Positions 41,833 through 55,609 of a DNA stretch of 64,000 nt are shown here, piece by piece (position 1 is the stretch's first letter; every line of letters begins with the position of its first letter). A program made the position numbers and the translations under genes. The notes beneath the pieces were generated by a model, which made no database searches, had not been told where the DNA came from, and was given only the letters and a program-made list of their open reading frames with translations. The DNA is taken from NCBI RefSeq assembly GCF_006345805.1, contig NC_043012.1, positions 9,796,001 to 9,860,000 of the forward strand, in the 5' to 3' direction. This DNA is from Octopus sinensis (lineage: Eukaryota).

Positions 41833-42532
41833 CGGTCCTCGAGATGCAAACCGCAAGACTAACCCCAGCTCTCTGTGTCAAGACAGACACATGCTTAGTC
41901 TTACTGATTACATCGGGAATAAAATTTCAAATGTCTTGGTTCCGGCGCGCTAAGAGACTCCTGAAGCGAAGGGCTGCAGTGAATAATTCACTGTGGGTAA
42001 AGCTTACTTCTAGGGAACGTATTTATTTAAATATTTAAAAATTGAGGGAGATAAATTAATATTAATTTTAATATCAATTTAAAACCAGTAGTCCAGCATT
42101 CAAAAAATCTGAGGAGTCAGAGAAAATTCAAATATATGTGTATATTGGCAGGGCTGGCCTGCTAGGTAGCCGGCCAGAATGCTAGAAATAGATCATCAAC
42201 GATCAAACTACAAGGGAAATTCTCTAGAGGAAGAATTCAGCGAACTCCAGAACCAGATTTGGCGGGCAGGACATATGAAAAATTAAATAAAAAACAGACT
42301 TAATATTAATTTATCTCCCTCAATTTTTAAATATTTAAATAAATACGTTCCCTAGAAGTAAGCTTTACCCGCAGTGAATTATTCACTGCAGCCCTTCGCT
42401 TCAGGAGTCTCTTAGCGCGCCGGAACCAAGACATTTGAAATTTTATTCCCGATGTAATCAGTAAGACTAAGCACGTGTCTGTCTTGAAACAGAGAGCTGG
42501 GGTTAGTCTTGCGGTTTGCATCTCGAGGACCG

Positions 42533-42608
42533 AATGTACTGAATAAGTCACGGACACTTGAATTATGCAAGTAATTCTTTTGTTAAGACCGAAACCGAGG
42601 TATGCATT
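42533..42608 (+). ncRNA. Hammerhead copy with core mutation (CUGAAUA), probably inactive
   Basis: Inverted copy of 41757-41832 with G8 changed to U. Confidence 0.6.
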
Positions 42609-42900
42609 TAATTCTGTTTTTTATTTAATTTTTCATATGTCCTGCCCGCCAAATCTGGTTCTGGTGTTCGCTGAATTCTTCCTCTAGAGAATTTCCCTTG
42701 TAGTTTGATCGTTGATGATCTATTTCTAGCATTCTGGCCGGCTACCTAGCAGGCCAGCCCTGCCAATATACACATATATTTGAATTTTCTCTGACTCCTC
42801 AGATCTTTTGAATGCTGGACTACTGGTTTTAAATTGATATTAAAATTAATATTAATTTATCTCCCTCAATTTTTAAATATATATATATATATATATATAT

Positions 42901-43116
42901 ATAATGTAAAGTATAGAAGCCATCTTATCATGGCTAACCACATTGGGGAGGGGGTGTTACTGTAGCTTTATAGCCCCAAGAGATCTTCGTCTCTAGCTGG
43001 CTTTAGATACAATATGTCAGCTAGAGACGAAGATCTCTTGGGGCTATAAAGCTACAGTAACACCCCCTCCCCAATGTGGTTAGCCATGATAAGATGGCTT
43101 CTATACTTTACATTAT
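42901..43116. repeat. Inverted repeat (99-bp arms, 18-nt spacer) related to the 9153 unit family
   Basis: Arms 42901-42999 and 43018-43116; shares gccat..atggctaacc..gggtg..tactgtag..tagcccca..agctgg with the start of the 9153 unit. Confidence 0.85.
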
Positions 43117-43270
43117 CGAGCGATTACTGTTTCAATATCATTCTGAGATTTAATTATGCTATATATATATATATATATATATATATCTATACATATACAT
43201 ATAAGCATTTTTTGTGTAATAAGATAAAAAAACAAGGCTGTGTAGATATTAGAACATTTATAGATAGAAG

Positions 43271-43323
43271 GTCTTACAGCTGTTTTTAGGATATCTATTA
43301 ATAATATCCCTTCATCGGAGACG
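43271..43323 (-). ncRNA. Degenerate hammerhead-like motif (Penelope-type)
   Basis: Reverse complement: GUCU-CCGAUGA-A-GGGAUAU...AUAUCCU-aAAAAC-AGCU-GUA-AGAC; palindromic stem III; core substitutions. Confidence 0.5.
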
Positions 43324-44425
43324 GTGTGAGAGGATAGTTAAGCCATAGTTAGTTTAGATGTGATACAAAATAGAGTGAGGTGGAGGAAAGAAAATAGATG
43401 CAAGATATGTATGGGTATTGAAGTTGTAAATCCGTTTTATAGGCATAATGGTATACATGCAATATTCCAATATCCTATGAGTAATGTCCAAAAGTCCAAC
43501 AGAGCTTAATATGATTTCTTCCAAATATAGAGCTTATAAGCAATGTAAGATTCCCTTAGGAGTGAGATCCAGCAGATTTTTAAACTTGGTTATTCCCAGT
43601 AGGGAATTTATATACAGTGTTGTAGAGTCAAAGGTTTGTATTTAAAGTGACCTAAAAATAGGGAGTGTATTAGTAAGGTCAAATCGAAAACAAGAAGTGA
43701 GGAGTGAAGAAAGAGAGAAAAAAAAGGAAGAGAAAAATGAGAAGAGAAAGAAACAATGAAAGAGAAAAGAGAGAGAAGAAGGAGAAGAAAGTAAGAAGAA
43801 GATTAGTAAAAAATAACAAAATAATAAAATAAATAAAAACCTTGAAGAGAAGAATAAAAGGAATAAAGAAAAAAGAAAAAAGGAAATGAAGATATAGATC
43901 AGTCAGTGGTCAGTGGAGATAATTTGAAAGTAATTCACCCTTTATATTCCCACTCCTACTATATTGGCTATTCCCTTGGATAACATCGGTGGTGTAGAGA
44001 GGGCTGGTTGGTATGCAGGAGCGACTACTGATCTTCCATACATAACCTTGCACAGAGGGGAACCTTCTTAGTGCAATCCCATGGTCATTTATGAGGTAAG
44101 GGTCTCTTTAATCTTTACCCATAACAGTAATAACTAAACAGTGTATTGTGCGTTTTATTGTGTTTATGTCATGCACAGTATTTCCAGGAACTTGATACAA
44201 ACTGTTTGTAGTACAAAGATGATTGTGAACTACTCACTTACGGCATGATTCACTGATGTGAAAGACACTAGCAGAACACCTAAGTTTAGAGATGCCAAAG
44301 CGAAGTGTTTGATACTATTATAATATTTGTGTGACTGTGGTTAGAATATTGTCGAGATCCAAAGTCTAAAGATAGCCTATTCATTCAAAATGTGTATTGT
44401 GTATATGTGTGCGTTGATGAGTGCG

Positions 44426-44457
<32 letters not shown>

Positions 44458-44883
44458 ATATTATAGAAATTATATGTATATATATATATATATATATACG
44501 TGTGAGTACGTTTTACACGTATACATACTAGAATAGGGACAGATTTTGTGCTACAAATCTTATAAGATTTCAGACAGAAGTTGTATTGTATACATACAAT
44601 TTCTTTGCATACAAACAAATATGAGCTGCATTGAAGTATTTATATAAATATCGGGGAATAATTATGTGATACACTCTGTGAATACATATAACTAATATGG
44701 AACACAAGCGTGGAATTGGTACATAGGATACTTTTTAACTCATATAGAAATTTGTAAGAAATTTGTTTGTAAAAAGACGAAAAAGATTCCATATGTATGG
44801 AATAATAAATATATGAAGGCATTTATCTTTTTACACTTCTGAACCAATACACACACATTCATATATATGCATGTATGTATGTG

Positions 44884-44928
<45 letters not shown>

Positions 44929-45091
44929 AAAGTAATTAAGATTCAAGTGAGTTCTGTTGAATTCACATGAATGAGGTACTTAACATAGATGCACCAGAAA
45001 TCTATATGGTATTAACCATAAGATAATGCGGAGTGATTATAAGCAAGAAAAAAGCAACAAAAATGGATCAATATTTCGGTACAATTGTTTC

Positions 45092-45134
<43 letters not shown>

Positions 45135-45287
45135 CATATATATATACATATATATTGGTATATATGTTAATATATATTCATATACATACATAGATGCATA
45201 GGCACTACATACATTTCTATACTTATATCTACCTATTCATATTATATTTATATATGTATATGTGTGTACCAATGTGTTTGTATGTGT

Positions 45288-46170
45288 ACGGAAATACCCA
45301 AAAGAAACCGGAATTTCGCAATATTATTTTATTCAATTAGTTTTACATGTTTAGACTTTTATCACCTTCAACGTATTCCCCATTTGACACAATGCGTCTG
45401 TCCAGCCGCGTTTTCCACTATTCTAAGCAGTGCAGAAACTCTTGCGAAGTGATACCTTTTAACGCATCTGTGGGTTTTTTTCTCCACTTCTTCCATATTT
45501 ACAAATTCCATAGCATCAGCCTGCGTCACCTGTGATGACCTTCGAAAAAATGTCCGGATCAATTTCCAACTGTTCTTTCATTTCACGACACGCATTCATC
45601 TGTGACTTATTTTTGATCTTCCATGAGAAAACGAGGCACAAATTTTGCTGTAACTCTTTTTATTCGCAATTCCTCCTTCAAAATTCTTTGGCAGATGCTC
45701 CAGGATGCACCGGTTATATCAACGAGTTCATCAAATTTTTGGTGAAGGTCCTCCAAGATAATTTCATGAATTCTCATGATGTGTTCACGAGGTCGACGAT
45801 CGTCCTGAACGAGGTTGTTCTTCAAGCGACAACTGACCATTCCTAAACCGTTGAAACCATTCGTAAACTTTTGTTTTGTTTATGACAGCGTCGTTGTAAG
45901 CAGTGGGAAGCATGACAGCCGGTTTTGACCGCCGTTTTCTTCTGCAGAAAATAAAATTTCACTGAAGAACGCTGTTTCTTCGTTTAAGCCATCAGAAGAA
46001 ACGATGAAAACCAAAGTCGCACCATGTGGCAGAGCGACCGCGCAGAAAGACGCCTGTTGGCAGGCTGAGGCCTGGCGGTTTCATCGAGTGGCTTCCAATG
46101 ACGGAAGAATGAACTGCAGAGGGCTTGTCCCACAAGAATCATTTCCAGTTACTTTTGGGTACGATTTTAT
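45288..46170 (-). mobile_element. Mariner transposon relic, internally deleted
   Basis: ICQRILKEELRIKRVTAKFVPR; imperfect TIRs (tacccaaaagaaaccggaa / ttccagttacttttgggta). Confidence 0.75.
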
Positions 46171-46289
46171 ATCTGTGTTAAACCGAATGATAACGATAAG
46201 ATTGCAGCTGGAAATGCTCAAATGACATGAGGTGAAAGGAAAAATAAATTGAAAGGTATAATGAATAAACGCTCTAATAGGTCAAAACA

Positions 46290-46321
<32 letters not shown>

Positions 46322-47886
46322 ACACACGCACATACGTACGTACGTACGTATGCATGTATGTATGTATGTATGTATTTATGTATGTATGTATATGTATATA
46401 TGAATGTATCTATAGGATGTCCTAAAAATGTATACAAAGGTTAAATGATTATAAATAGAATATTTATTAGAATAAATACCATTTTCAAATTTTAGTAGAA
46501 TTTACAGAGAGAATTTAGTGTTTCACGAATTCTTGCTTTAAAAATGATGCCTGCTTTCTCTGGTCTTGGCTGTGCTGATAATCTGGAAAAATGAAATCTC
46601 AAGTATCAAAAAGCATTACTTTCGCTTTTATACGCATTATTTGACAATGGTTAACCTGCATTCGCCAAAAGTTGCCGGTCTTGTACTATAAACATTATCT
46701 TTTTTATTGGGAATCCCCTTTAAAAAATCTAGGGATGTGTTCCCCCAGCTGGACGGGACGCAGCGTTACTCATTTTTGCCAGCTGAGTGGACTGGAGCAA
46801 CGTGAAATGAAGTGTTTTGCTCAAGAACACAACGCGTCGCCCGGTCCAGGAATCGAAACTACAATCTTACGATCATGTTGCTGACACCCTAACCACTAAG
46901 CCAGGCGCCTCCACATAAATGTGGTTATAGCATTTTGGAAAGATCAAGTTTTAAAACTATCGCTTTTGAGTAATAGCTTGATGAAATTTTGCCATCCCGC
47001 TCGGCAAATCACACACTTTATTGATGGGAAATAACTATGATTACGTGGCATTTACGTATTCTGAAGATTTCTTTTGACAAAAGTGTTGATTGGTCTCGTA
47101 TCTCCACTTTACTTCTCGTAACTAGATGGTCACGTACCTCTACAACCTTTATACTCTAATGACGTCTAATCTGCGCAGCTGACTCCTCTTGTACTTCTAC
47201 TACTCACAGACCTCAAACTCAATCTCTCTTCATTCTTGTTGCATTCATCCCTCCCACCACACTGACCAATATGCCTGCTCCCTCCTACCCAGGACCTCAG
47301 TCTACTGGAACGTTTACCTTGCTCATGTTCTTCCTTGCAAATTTTGGCTAGCAACATTGTAAACTGAACATTTAAAACGTCTATTTAATCAGTTTCGAAT
47401 GGTCTGATAGTCATGTGAGCAATGCCCCTTTCTTTTTGACTAAGCGATTAAAATAACATAAATACAGTAAAGGAGAATCTGTGTTCAAGGACCCTCTAAA
47501 ACAATGATGATGTTGGTCTAGATAAAAAACGGAAGTAATATCCAGAATAAAAGGTAAAAGGTTGCTTATCATATGTTTGCTGATCGAACAGGTCTTTGAT
47601 AACAGTGATTCCGTCATGATGAGGTCATCATACGCAGGAACGTGTAGGTTACGTTATTTAAAACCTGCATCCTCTTATCATTACTTTAGTTAGTAGGGTA
47701 TGAATTGGAGAAAGACATGGCTGTTATTTGTAGAAGTAGCAAAAACATAAAAGTCTGACATGTAATATGAAATATTTCCGCAAAACATTTATATAGATAT
47801 GAGTACAGAATTAAAGCCGAATAATGATAATAATAATAATGATAATAATAATAATAATAATAATAATAAAAGTAAAAATAATAATA

Positions 47887-47931
<45 letters not shown>

Positions 47932-49259
47932 TAATAATAATAATAATATTAAAATTAATAATAATAATAATAATAATAATGATAATAATAATAATATATA
48001 ATAATAATAATATATAATAATAATAATAATATAATAATAATAATATAATAATAATAATAATAATAACAATAATAATGAGAAGAAGATGAACAACAACAAC
48101 AACAACGATGTCAACATCGGATTAAAGAAATCAAGACAAGTAGCATTGATCAACTTCAGCTGAGAATATATATTGTTTAAAATATTTGACATTTCTTCCT
48201 AAATACAAAGATCTCTCTTGCAGACTTTATTCAAGAACACATATTAAAGTGGCAGTATGAGTGTTTTTTACAAATCTCACCTGCTCACAGACACACGTGT
48301 GTGTGTGTGTGTGTGTGTGTGCGTATACACACATATATATATATATAAACATATATAAGTAAATGAAAAATGAATTGTATATAAACGGCAGATGGAAAAC
48401 GTTCGGCAAAAAGAGACTGATAGAATAATTACTAGGTTTACAAAGAATAATTCCTGAGGTCGATTTGCTCGACTAAAGACGGTGCTTCAGTATGGCCGCA
48501 TTCAAATGACTGAAGCAATTAAAAGAATAAAATAATATATACACACACACAGACATAATTATCGGCTACACGTCACTACATAGATTCCTAAACAATGTGT
48601 GTCAGCGTGGTACAAATTACCAAAGAGCACACAGTTGCGAATGACCTCGAAGGACTACAAATATCTCTGTAGTGTTCAGTACTTAGTTTTCACCATCGTT
48701 ATGTTGTGGAATATTTTGATATACTCAAAAATCTTGGAATTTCGAGTATGTTATATCTATTAGTGATTGTCACTCGACTATTCAGTCTTTATTAAGTAGT
48801 GTTGATAAAGTGATCTCTCGCTTAGTTCACACTTACGTGTGTCATTCTTCCGGTCGATATAGACATCCTTTACAAGTATATCAACGGACTCAGTTATGTG
48901 TCCAAAAATCACTTTCTGCCTCTTATGTAACTGTCTGGTTTCATAAAACACTACAAACATGCTGTCATTACACCCCTCCCCGCCAACAATGTACAAGCAA
49001 CAAGTGTCTCTTAACATTCATGAGAATAGCAAAGTGTTATAAGGACTAAATATTTGGGGTGTAGAATTGTATAGTATTTAGAGCGTTGGACGAAAAGACT
49101 TGAGACATATTATCCGGCTTTTTGCGTTTCAAGTTCAGATCCCATCAAAATCAAATATGCCTTCCATCCCTTCCAGAGTCAAAGATTAAAAAAATCAATC
49201 ATTTCGATCGACAAAAACACTCCTAAAATAGACAATAATTATGTCAAAATCTATCTTAT

Positions 49260-49462
49260 AGTCGCCATGATAGATCGTTAGCCACTACATACATTTTTTT
49301 CACTCCTTGTTCCTTGTTTTTTCTCTGTCTCTTTCTGTAGAAAAACGTAGGCTCGAAACGTAAAAGATATTTTCTATTCCTGAGCGTTATACTAATATAT
49401 CTGTTTGTTTTGTACACCACCTGTCTTCGTCTTTTGTTCTTTTTTTTCGTAAACTCTCCCTA
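49260..49462 (+). repeat. Second copy of the CUGUNGAA/GCUCGAAAC repeat family
   Basis: ctttctgtagaaaaacgtaggctcgaaacgtaaaagat...gagcgttatactaat...caccacctgtcttcgtc. Confidence 0.6.
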
Positions 49463-50070
49463 TATCTTATAGTATATATACATACTATAAGATATATTTA
49501 CACTTAAATATATGGTGTTTCTTTGGTAGCATTAAAACTATATTTTGAGTTTTCTTTTAGGGTTTGAATCTACTGTAACCTGAAGTAGTGTTGAACGTAA
49601 TAAAACATAAGCTTAATTTAGATTAACATATTTCAGATGTTTTGTTATCTTTTCATAATGAAATAAGTCTCGAACTAATATCAAAGCAATTATACCACTT
49701 CCTTGATAGACAAACCTTCGCAAACACATTACTTAACCTATCCATAACCGAATGGTGTCTTAAATGCTATTCAGACTATCGCTGCAACAGTAGAACTCTA
49801 CCAGGAAACCCACTGCTTCTAAATCCGCTTTATGGTCCGCTTCTAAATCGTTCATTTTGTTTTTTGTTGCCAATACCCAGGCTGAACTCAACGACTTTCT
49901 ACGCTGAATATATCGCTCCGCAATTCTGCCCTACTTCCTCATTTCACAGAATCTTCTTCTCCCCAGTAAATGAACAACTGCTGCTCGAAAAAGCTCATAC
50001 TGAAGATATTTGCATTACACCTGTACAGTTGTATGCATTGATCAATATGAAAAGATATATAATGGCGGCG

Positions 50071-50140
<70 letters not shown>

Positions 50141-50143
50141 TAA

Positions 50144-50227
<84 letters not shown>

Positions 50228-50230
50228 TTA

Positions 50231-50560
50231 TTACCTCTGCCTTAGCGAAGATGGAGGTATTGTTTTCAGTCGTGTTTGTTTGTTTGTCTGTCGGTGGATA
50301 AGATATCTCAAGAACAGCTGGATGGATTCGAATGAAACTTTCAGGGATGTTTGGCCACGTGATTGGCACGAACTAGTTAGATTTGGGGGTCGATCCCCCA
50401 CCAGAGAAATATTCTGAATTATTTTCCCGGTGTTTTAACTTAATTTATGAGAGAGTTCCTTTTCAGTATTCTCGCTTAAGAACAGTCGAGATTATTTCAG
50501 ATATTCTCATTTCGCATTTCTATCGGTGCAAAGATCCAATTCACCAGAAAAAAACTTCAG
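50231..50560 (+). mobile_element. Helentron/DINE-like non-autonomous element
   Basis: ttacctctgcc..ggaggtattgttttc..ggatggattcgaatgaaactttcagggatg. Confidence 0.6.
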
Positions 50561-51004
50561 GAAAAATGTTTTTTTAATTTTTTTAAAAATCCTCTGACGC
50601 ATTATTTGTACTGACGGAAGAATCATTCAAATTTTTACAAAAAATATTTATGGGGGTTGGGATCCCATAAGTTAAATTGTTCCCTCCAATCTGTTCCAAA
50701 TAAATTTTTCGTTGTACTAAGCACTCTTGTTTTTCATTGTACTAAGCACTCTTTTTATCCATCTTGTTTTTCGTTGTACTAAGCACTCTTGATAACATAC
50801 TTGTTTTTCGTTCGAACGGATTTAGTGGGATTTTTTAAAAGCCAAGAAGAAATTTCCTCTAGCTGGTGAAAACTGCACAACTACATCTGATATATTGTGA
50901 GCAGGGAATCGAATCCCTACCCCATTCTAGCGACGGGACCAACACACAGTTTGCTTCAGGCTGCAGAGCCATTCAGTTGTAGTATTATGTTGTTCTTGCT
51001 TATT

Positions 51005-51650
51005 CTATATCTTACTCCAGAAAGGTTGACTTTCATCAGCATCAAGAGCTAATCTTTTACGTTTTTTATTGTCATTAATCTCTTGGTAAACTCTTTTTTG
51101 GTAGGATCTAAACAATTTTTGCTGGTATTCTGTAACCCGTTGTTCAAACTTAGTTAGCTTCGCTTTGCTAACCAACCACATGGTTCCGGGTTCAGTCCCA
51201 CTGCGTGGCATCTTGGGCAAGTGTCTTCTGCTATAACCCCGGGCCGACCAATGCCTTGTAAGTGGATTTGGTAGACGGAAACTGAAAGAAGCCTGTCGTA
51301 TATATGTATATATATATATATATATGTGTGTGTGTATGTGTTTGTGTGTCTGTGTTTGTCCCCCCTAGCATTGCTTGACAACCGATTCTGGTGTGTTTAC
51401 GTCCCCGTATCTTGGCGGTTCGGCAAAAGAGACCGATAGAATAAGTACTGGGCTTACAAAAGAATAAGTCCCGGGGTCGAGTTGCTCGATTAAAGGCGGT
51501 GCTCCAGCATGGCCGCAGTGAAATGACTGAAACAAGTAAAAGAGAGAAAGAGAGTATGTATGTGTTGCTTCAGTTCTTCAATTAAAACATTCAGGCCCTT
51601 TTGTATCTTCTTCCTAACCTTTTCGTATTTCCTTACATTCTTACACTCCC
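51005..51650 (-). mobile_element. R4-like LINE pre-RT fragment split by a SINE
   Basis: IEELKQ / KLTKFEQRVTEYQQKLF...FWSKI. Confidence 0.55.
51163..51550 (+). mobile_element. CORE-like SINE
   Basis: Homologous to 40732-41140. Confidence 0.8.
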
Positions 51651-51709
51651 CATCATCATCATCATCATCATTATTATTATTATCATTATTATTATTATTA
51701 TTATTATTA

Positions 51710-51781
<72 letters not shown>

Positions 51782-51782
<1 letters not shown>

Positions 51783-53790
51783 GCCTTTGCACAGCTTCTA
51801 ACGCTGGAGATGTACTACAGTGTCAGCTGTTCACTACCAGTGAACTAAAGTAACACCTCTTATTTTTCGAGTCACCTTCCGGAGTATTCAAGCGGTTCCA
51901 ATCAGTGCTGTTTTCTGCAATTGCTCCACCCTTACTGCAGCCCCTATTTGCTCCACGTACTTTTCGAGATTTTTGCTCACTGTTCCCAGGGCTCCGACAA
52001 TTATTGATAGTACTGCTACCTTTTTTAACAACCACAACTGCTTAACTTCCCAAGCTAACCTGTCATATCTGTCGACTTTTCTTTCTTCCTTATCGCATGC
52101 CTTGTTGTCAGCTGGGCATGCAATATCTATGATCCAGCATAGTTTGTTTTCTTTCTCAATTAAGACTATGTCCGGCTTCCTATTCTCAATCTCATGTTCG
52201 CACTGAATCATAAAATCCCATAGGATCTTTGCATTACTATTTTCGACAATGCCTTCAGGTTTGTGGTCGAACCAATTTTTTGCTCTGTCAAGTCCATACT
52301 TGTTGCAAAGTGTCCAGTGGACAAGCCTGGCTATATTGTCGTCATGTCTCTTATATTCCTTCTGGGCTAGTGGCGTACATTGGCCGGTAATATGCCATAC
52401 AGTTTCACCGTCTTGTCTACAGATTCTGTACTTATCACTTTCTGCGGTGTTGTCTATTCTATATTTTATGTAGTTTGTTCTTAGTGATTGCTCTTGGGCA
52501 GCACAGATTAGAGCCTCCATTTCCGGTTTTAAATCATTTTTAGTCATCTACAGCCGTCTTTTTTTCTCAGTCTGTCTTATCTTCAACAATACTATGAAAT
52601 TTGCATGCATTCTTTTCTTTATCCACCTATTTTCTGTTTCATCCGTTTTCTATTTCTTGTATAGTGCTTATCTTTGCAATCTTTCATCCTACACAAGTCT
52701 GATCTTCCTACTTCTAATAATAGCGGTTCTGTGGAATTTTTCATATACTATGCTATGTTGTATTCTTCTGCTTTAATGCTGTGTTCGCATCCAATAAGTC
52801 CTCTTCCCCCTCTTTTTCTTGGTACATACAGTCTGTTTGTGTCACTTTTTGGGTGGAGAACCCCCGTATCTAGTTAGCAACTTCCTTGTCATTCTCTCTA
52901 AGCTGTTTAGTTCGTCTGCTGTCCATGAGATTACCCCTGCTCCATATCTAAGGAGTGAATTCGCCCAGGTGTTGATAGCTTCGATCTTATTTCGTCCGTT
53001 TAATTTCGACTTAAGGATCAGTCTTTAGTCTGCGTAAGTACTCCACCTGAAATTTTTCTGTCATTTATTTCTCCATTAATTTATCCATTTCCAAAATCCC
53101 CAAGTACTTAGCCCGTCTCTTCTATCTGCTTCATAATCTCCCCCGACCGTATCATTAGTCCGTCCATACATTTGATTTTGCCTCTTTTCAATACGAACAC
53201 ACTACACTTTCTCAGTCCGAACTCCATTCTGATATCAGCACTGAAGGTATACACCGTATCAACGAGGAAACTGACTTGGGCTTCATCATTACCATAAAGT
53301 TTGAGGTCATCCATGAAAAGCAAATGGTTGACTTTTTGTTGGTGGCTTTTGAATACATACCCATCTTTTGCTTTCCTCAGAATCAGTGTCAGTGGTATCA
53401 AGCACAGTAAAAAGAACAGTGGAGACAGGCTGTCCCCTTGGAAGATGCCCCTCCTAATTTCTACTGTCCCTAAACTTCTTCCGTATGCTGTCAGGTCCGT
53501 CCTCCAATTCACCATACTTTTTCCAAGCCATCGCTCCACATTCGATGCAATCCCAAACAGGTTCATACACTCCATAATCCAAGAATGTGGAATCCTATCG
53601 TACGCCTTACGATAGTCGACAGCATGGCTAAGTTATTTTCCTCCTCTTGCAGTCTCTGAGTACAGTTTTATCTATCAAGACTTGATCTTTGGTACCTCTG
53701 CACTTACGCTTGCAATCCTTCTGCTCATGTGGCAGGATTCCATTTTTTTCTAGATATTTGTACATTGACTCTTCGAGTATTCCAGTCAAT
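51782..53790 (-). mobile_element. R4/Dong-like LINE, degenerate RT plus RLE
   Basis: RGIFQGDSLSP, HLLFMDDLKLY, AQEQSLRTNY, RKPDIV; 3' end in (TAA)n. Confidence 0.9.
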
Positions 53791-53794
53791 GTCG

Positions 53795-53832
<38 letters not shown>

Positions 53833-54211
53833 ATTATTATAATTATTTATTCTTTTAATCTCAGTTTTCTCTTGTAATTCCTGAAGTCTTGTATGCGTAG
53901 CGGGCTTGCTGCTTGCATCCTACGGTACCATGCGATATGTACTTTTCAAATGTCTAATTCTTTCCTCGTTGTTCTAGCTATGTAACGGAGGCAAACCGTC
54001 TGTACTAGTTGCCCTGGGAATTCTAATCCGATTTTCTTTTTATTCCACTTAATGCCATTTGATACTATTCGCAAGAACCAGCAATAATTCACACTGTCTT
54101 CACCTTCATATAATTGGCACTATCTTCTTTCTTCATACAACTGGTACTATCTTCACCTTCTTGATATAATTGGCACTATCTTCACCTTCTTCATGTAATT
54201 GGCATTATTAC

Positions 54212-54272
<61 letters not shown>

Positions 54273-54694
54273 GTTGTTGTGTTGTTGTTGTTGTTGTTGT
54301 TGTTGTTTTGTTGTTGTTATTATTATAATTATTTATTCTTTTAATCTCAGTTTTCTTTTGTAATTCCTGAAGTCTTGTATGCGTAGCGGGCTTGCTGCTT
54401 GCATCCTACGGTACCATGCGATATGTACTTTTCAAATGTCTAATTCTTCCTCGTTGTTCTAGCTATGTAACGGAGGCAAACCGTCTGTACTAGTTGCCTG
54501 GGAATCTAATCCGATTTTCTTTTTATTCCACTTAATGCCATTTGATACTATTCGCAAGAACCAGCAATAATTCACACTGTCTTCACCTTCATATAATTGG
54601 CACTATCTTCTTTCTTCATACAACTGGTACTATCTTCACCTTCTTGATATAATTGGCACTATCTTCACCTTCTTCATGTAATTGGCATTATTAC

Positions 54695-54758
<64 letters not shown>

Positions 54759-54780
54759 GTTGTTGTTGTTGTTGTTGTTG

Positions 54781-54845
<65 letters not shown>

Positions 54846-54918
54846 GTTGTTGTTGCTGTTGTTGTTGTTGTTATTATCATTATTATTATTATTATCATTA
54901 TCATCATCATTATTATTA

Positions 54919-54949
<31 letters not shown>

Positions 54950-55459
54950 AATAATAATATTCTGTAGTCTCATTTTATTACATGCTTTCACTACACTACC
55001 GAGCAGTACATATTGATATTAATATATTAATGTATCGCTGCATTTCGTCCGTCTTAATGTTTTGAGTTCAAATGCCACCGAACATGATTTTACCTCCCGG
55101 TGTCAATAAAATTAGTACCATTCGAGCACATAGATCAATGTAATAAACTTATCCTTCTCCCGAAATTGGTGACCTTGTGCCAAAATTTGAACCCAAAGTG
55201 AAAGAGTCTCTAATGATAAAATTAGAAGGGATGATTATACTCCATTGATGAGGTAATTTTTGTTGCTGCTCTTTTATAGTTATGCCTAAAGGCTTTGGTT
55301 TTCAGACTATATATAATTTTAATAACGAAATATATCTAGCGTTATATTTCGACCTCTTTTATATATTCCCGTAGAACATGTGATTACTAATATAAATTGC
55401 ACGGTTAATTGTTTCCAAAATGACAGTATGATACAAAATCAAATATTTTTAGAAAATCT

Positions 55460-55484
55460 TATGTAACTCTTTTCTCTATTGCAG
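55460..55484 (+). promoter_or_regulatory. 3' splice acceptor ahead of the ZIP coding exon (5' UTR intron)
   Basis: tgtaac branch-like motif, then the pyrimidine tract tcttttctctattgcAG|G, 125 bp before the ATG. Confidence 0.7.
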
Positions 55485-55609
55485 GTTCTCACCAGTTTGA
55501 AGAAAATATCCTGTACCTTGAAATTAAAAATGTTCCTGCGAATAGTACAAGAAGCAAAAACGAAGAATATTAATTATAGGAACATCTTTGAAAACATTAA
55601 CTAAGCACA

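Larger units (their letters stand above)
41610..42880. mobile_element. Hammerhead-bearing ~546-bp unit: about 1.27 copies plus about 1.06 inverted copies (retrozyme- or Penelope pLTR-like)
   Basis: 41610-41757 is repeated at 42156-42303; 42301-42880 is an inverted, permuted full unit; flanked by (TA)n on both sides. Confidence 0.75.

Noticed and set aside
41808-42557. Two near-identical 76-aa ORFs on opposite strands
   Set aside because: By-product of the inverted repeat; non-ATG start and no recognisable domain
47100-47680. Possible CR1-like RT remnant
   Set aside because: Too degraded to support by eye
50705-50815. Short direct repeats of ttgtactaagcactct
   Set aside because: Irregular minisatellite in eukaryotic DNA; no unique spacers or cas genes, so not CRISPR
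53835-54690. ~480-bp tandem duplication of a LINE-like fragment
   Set aside because: The second copy differs mainly by single-base homopolymer deletions, typical of read error or misassembly
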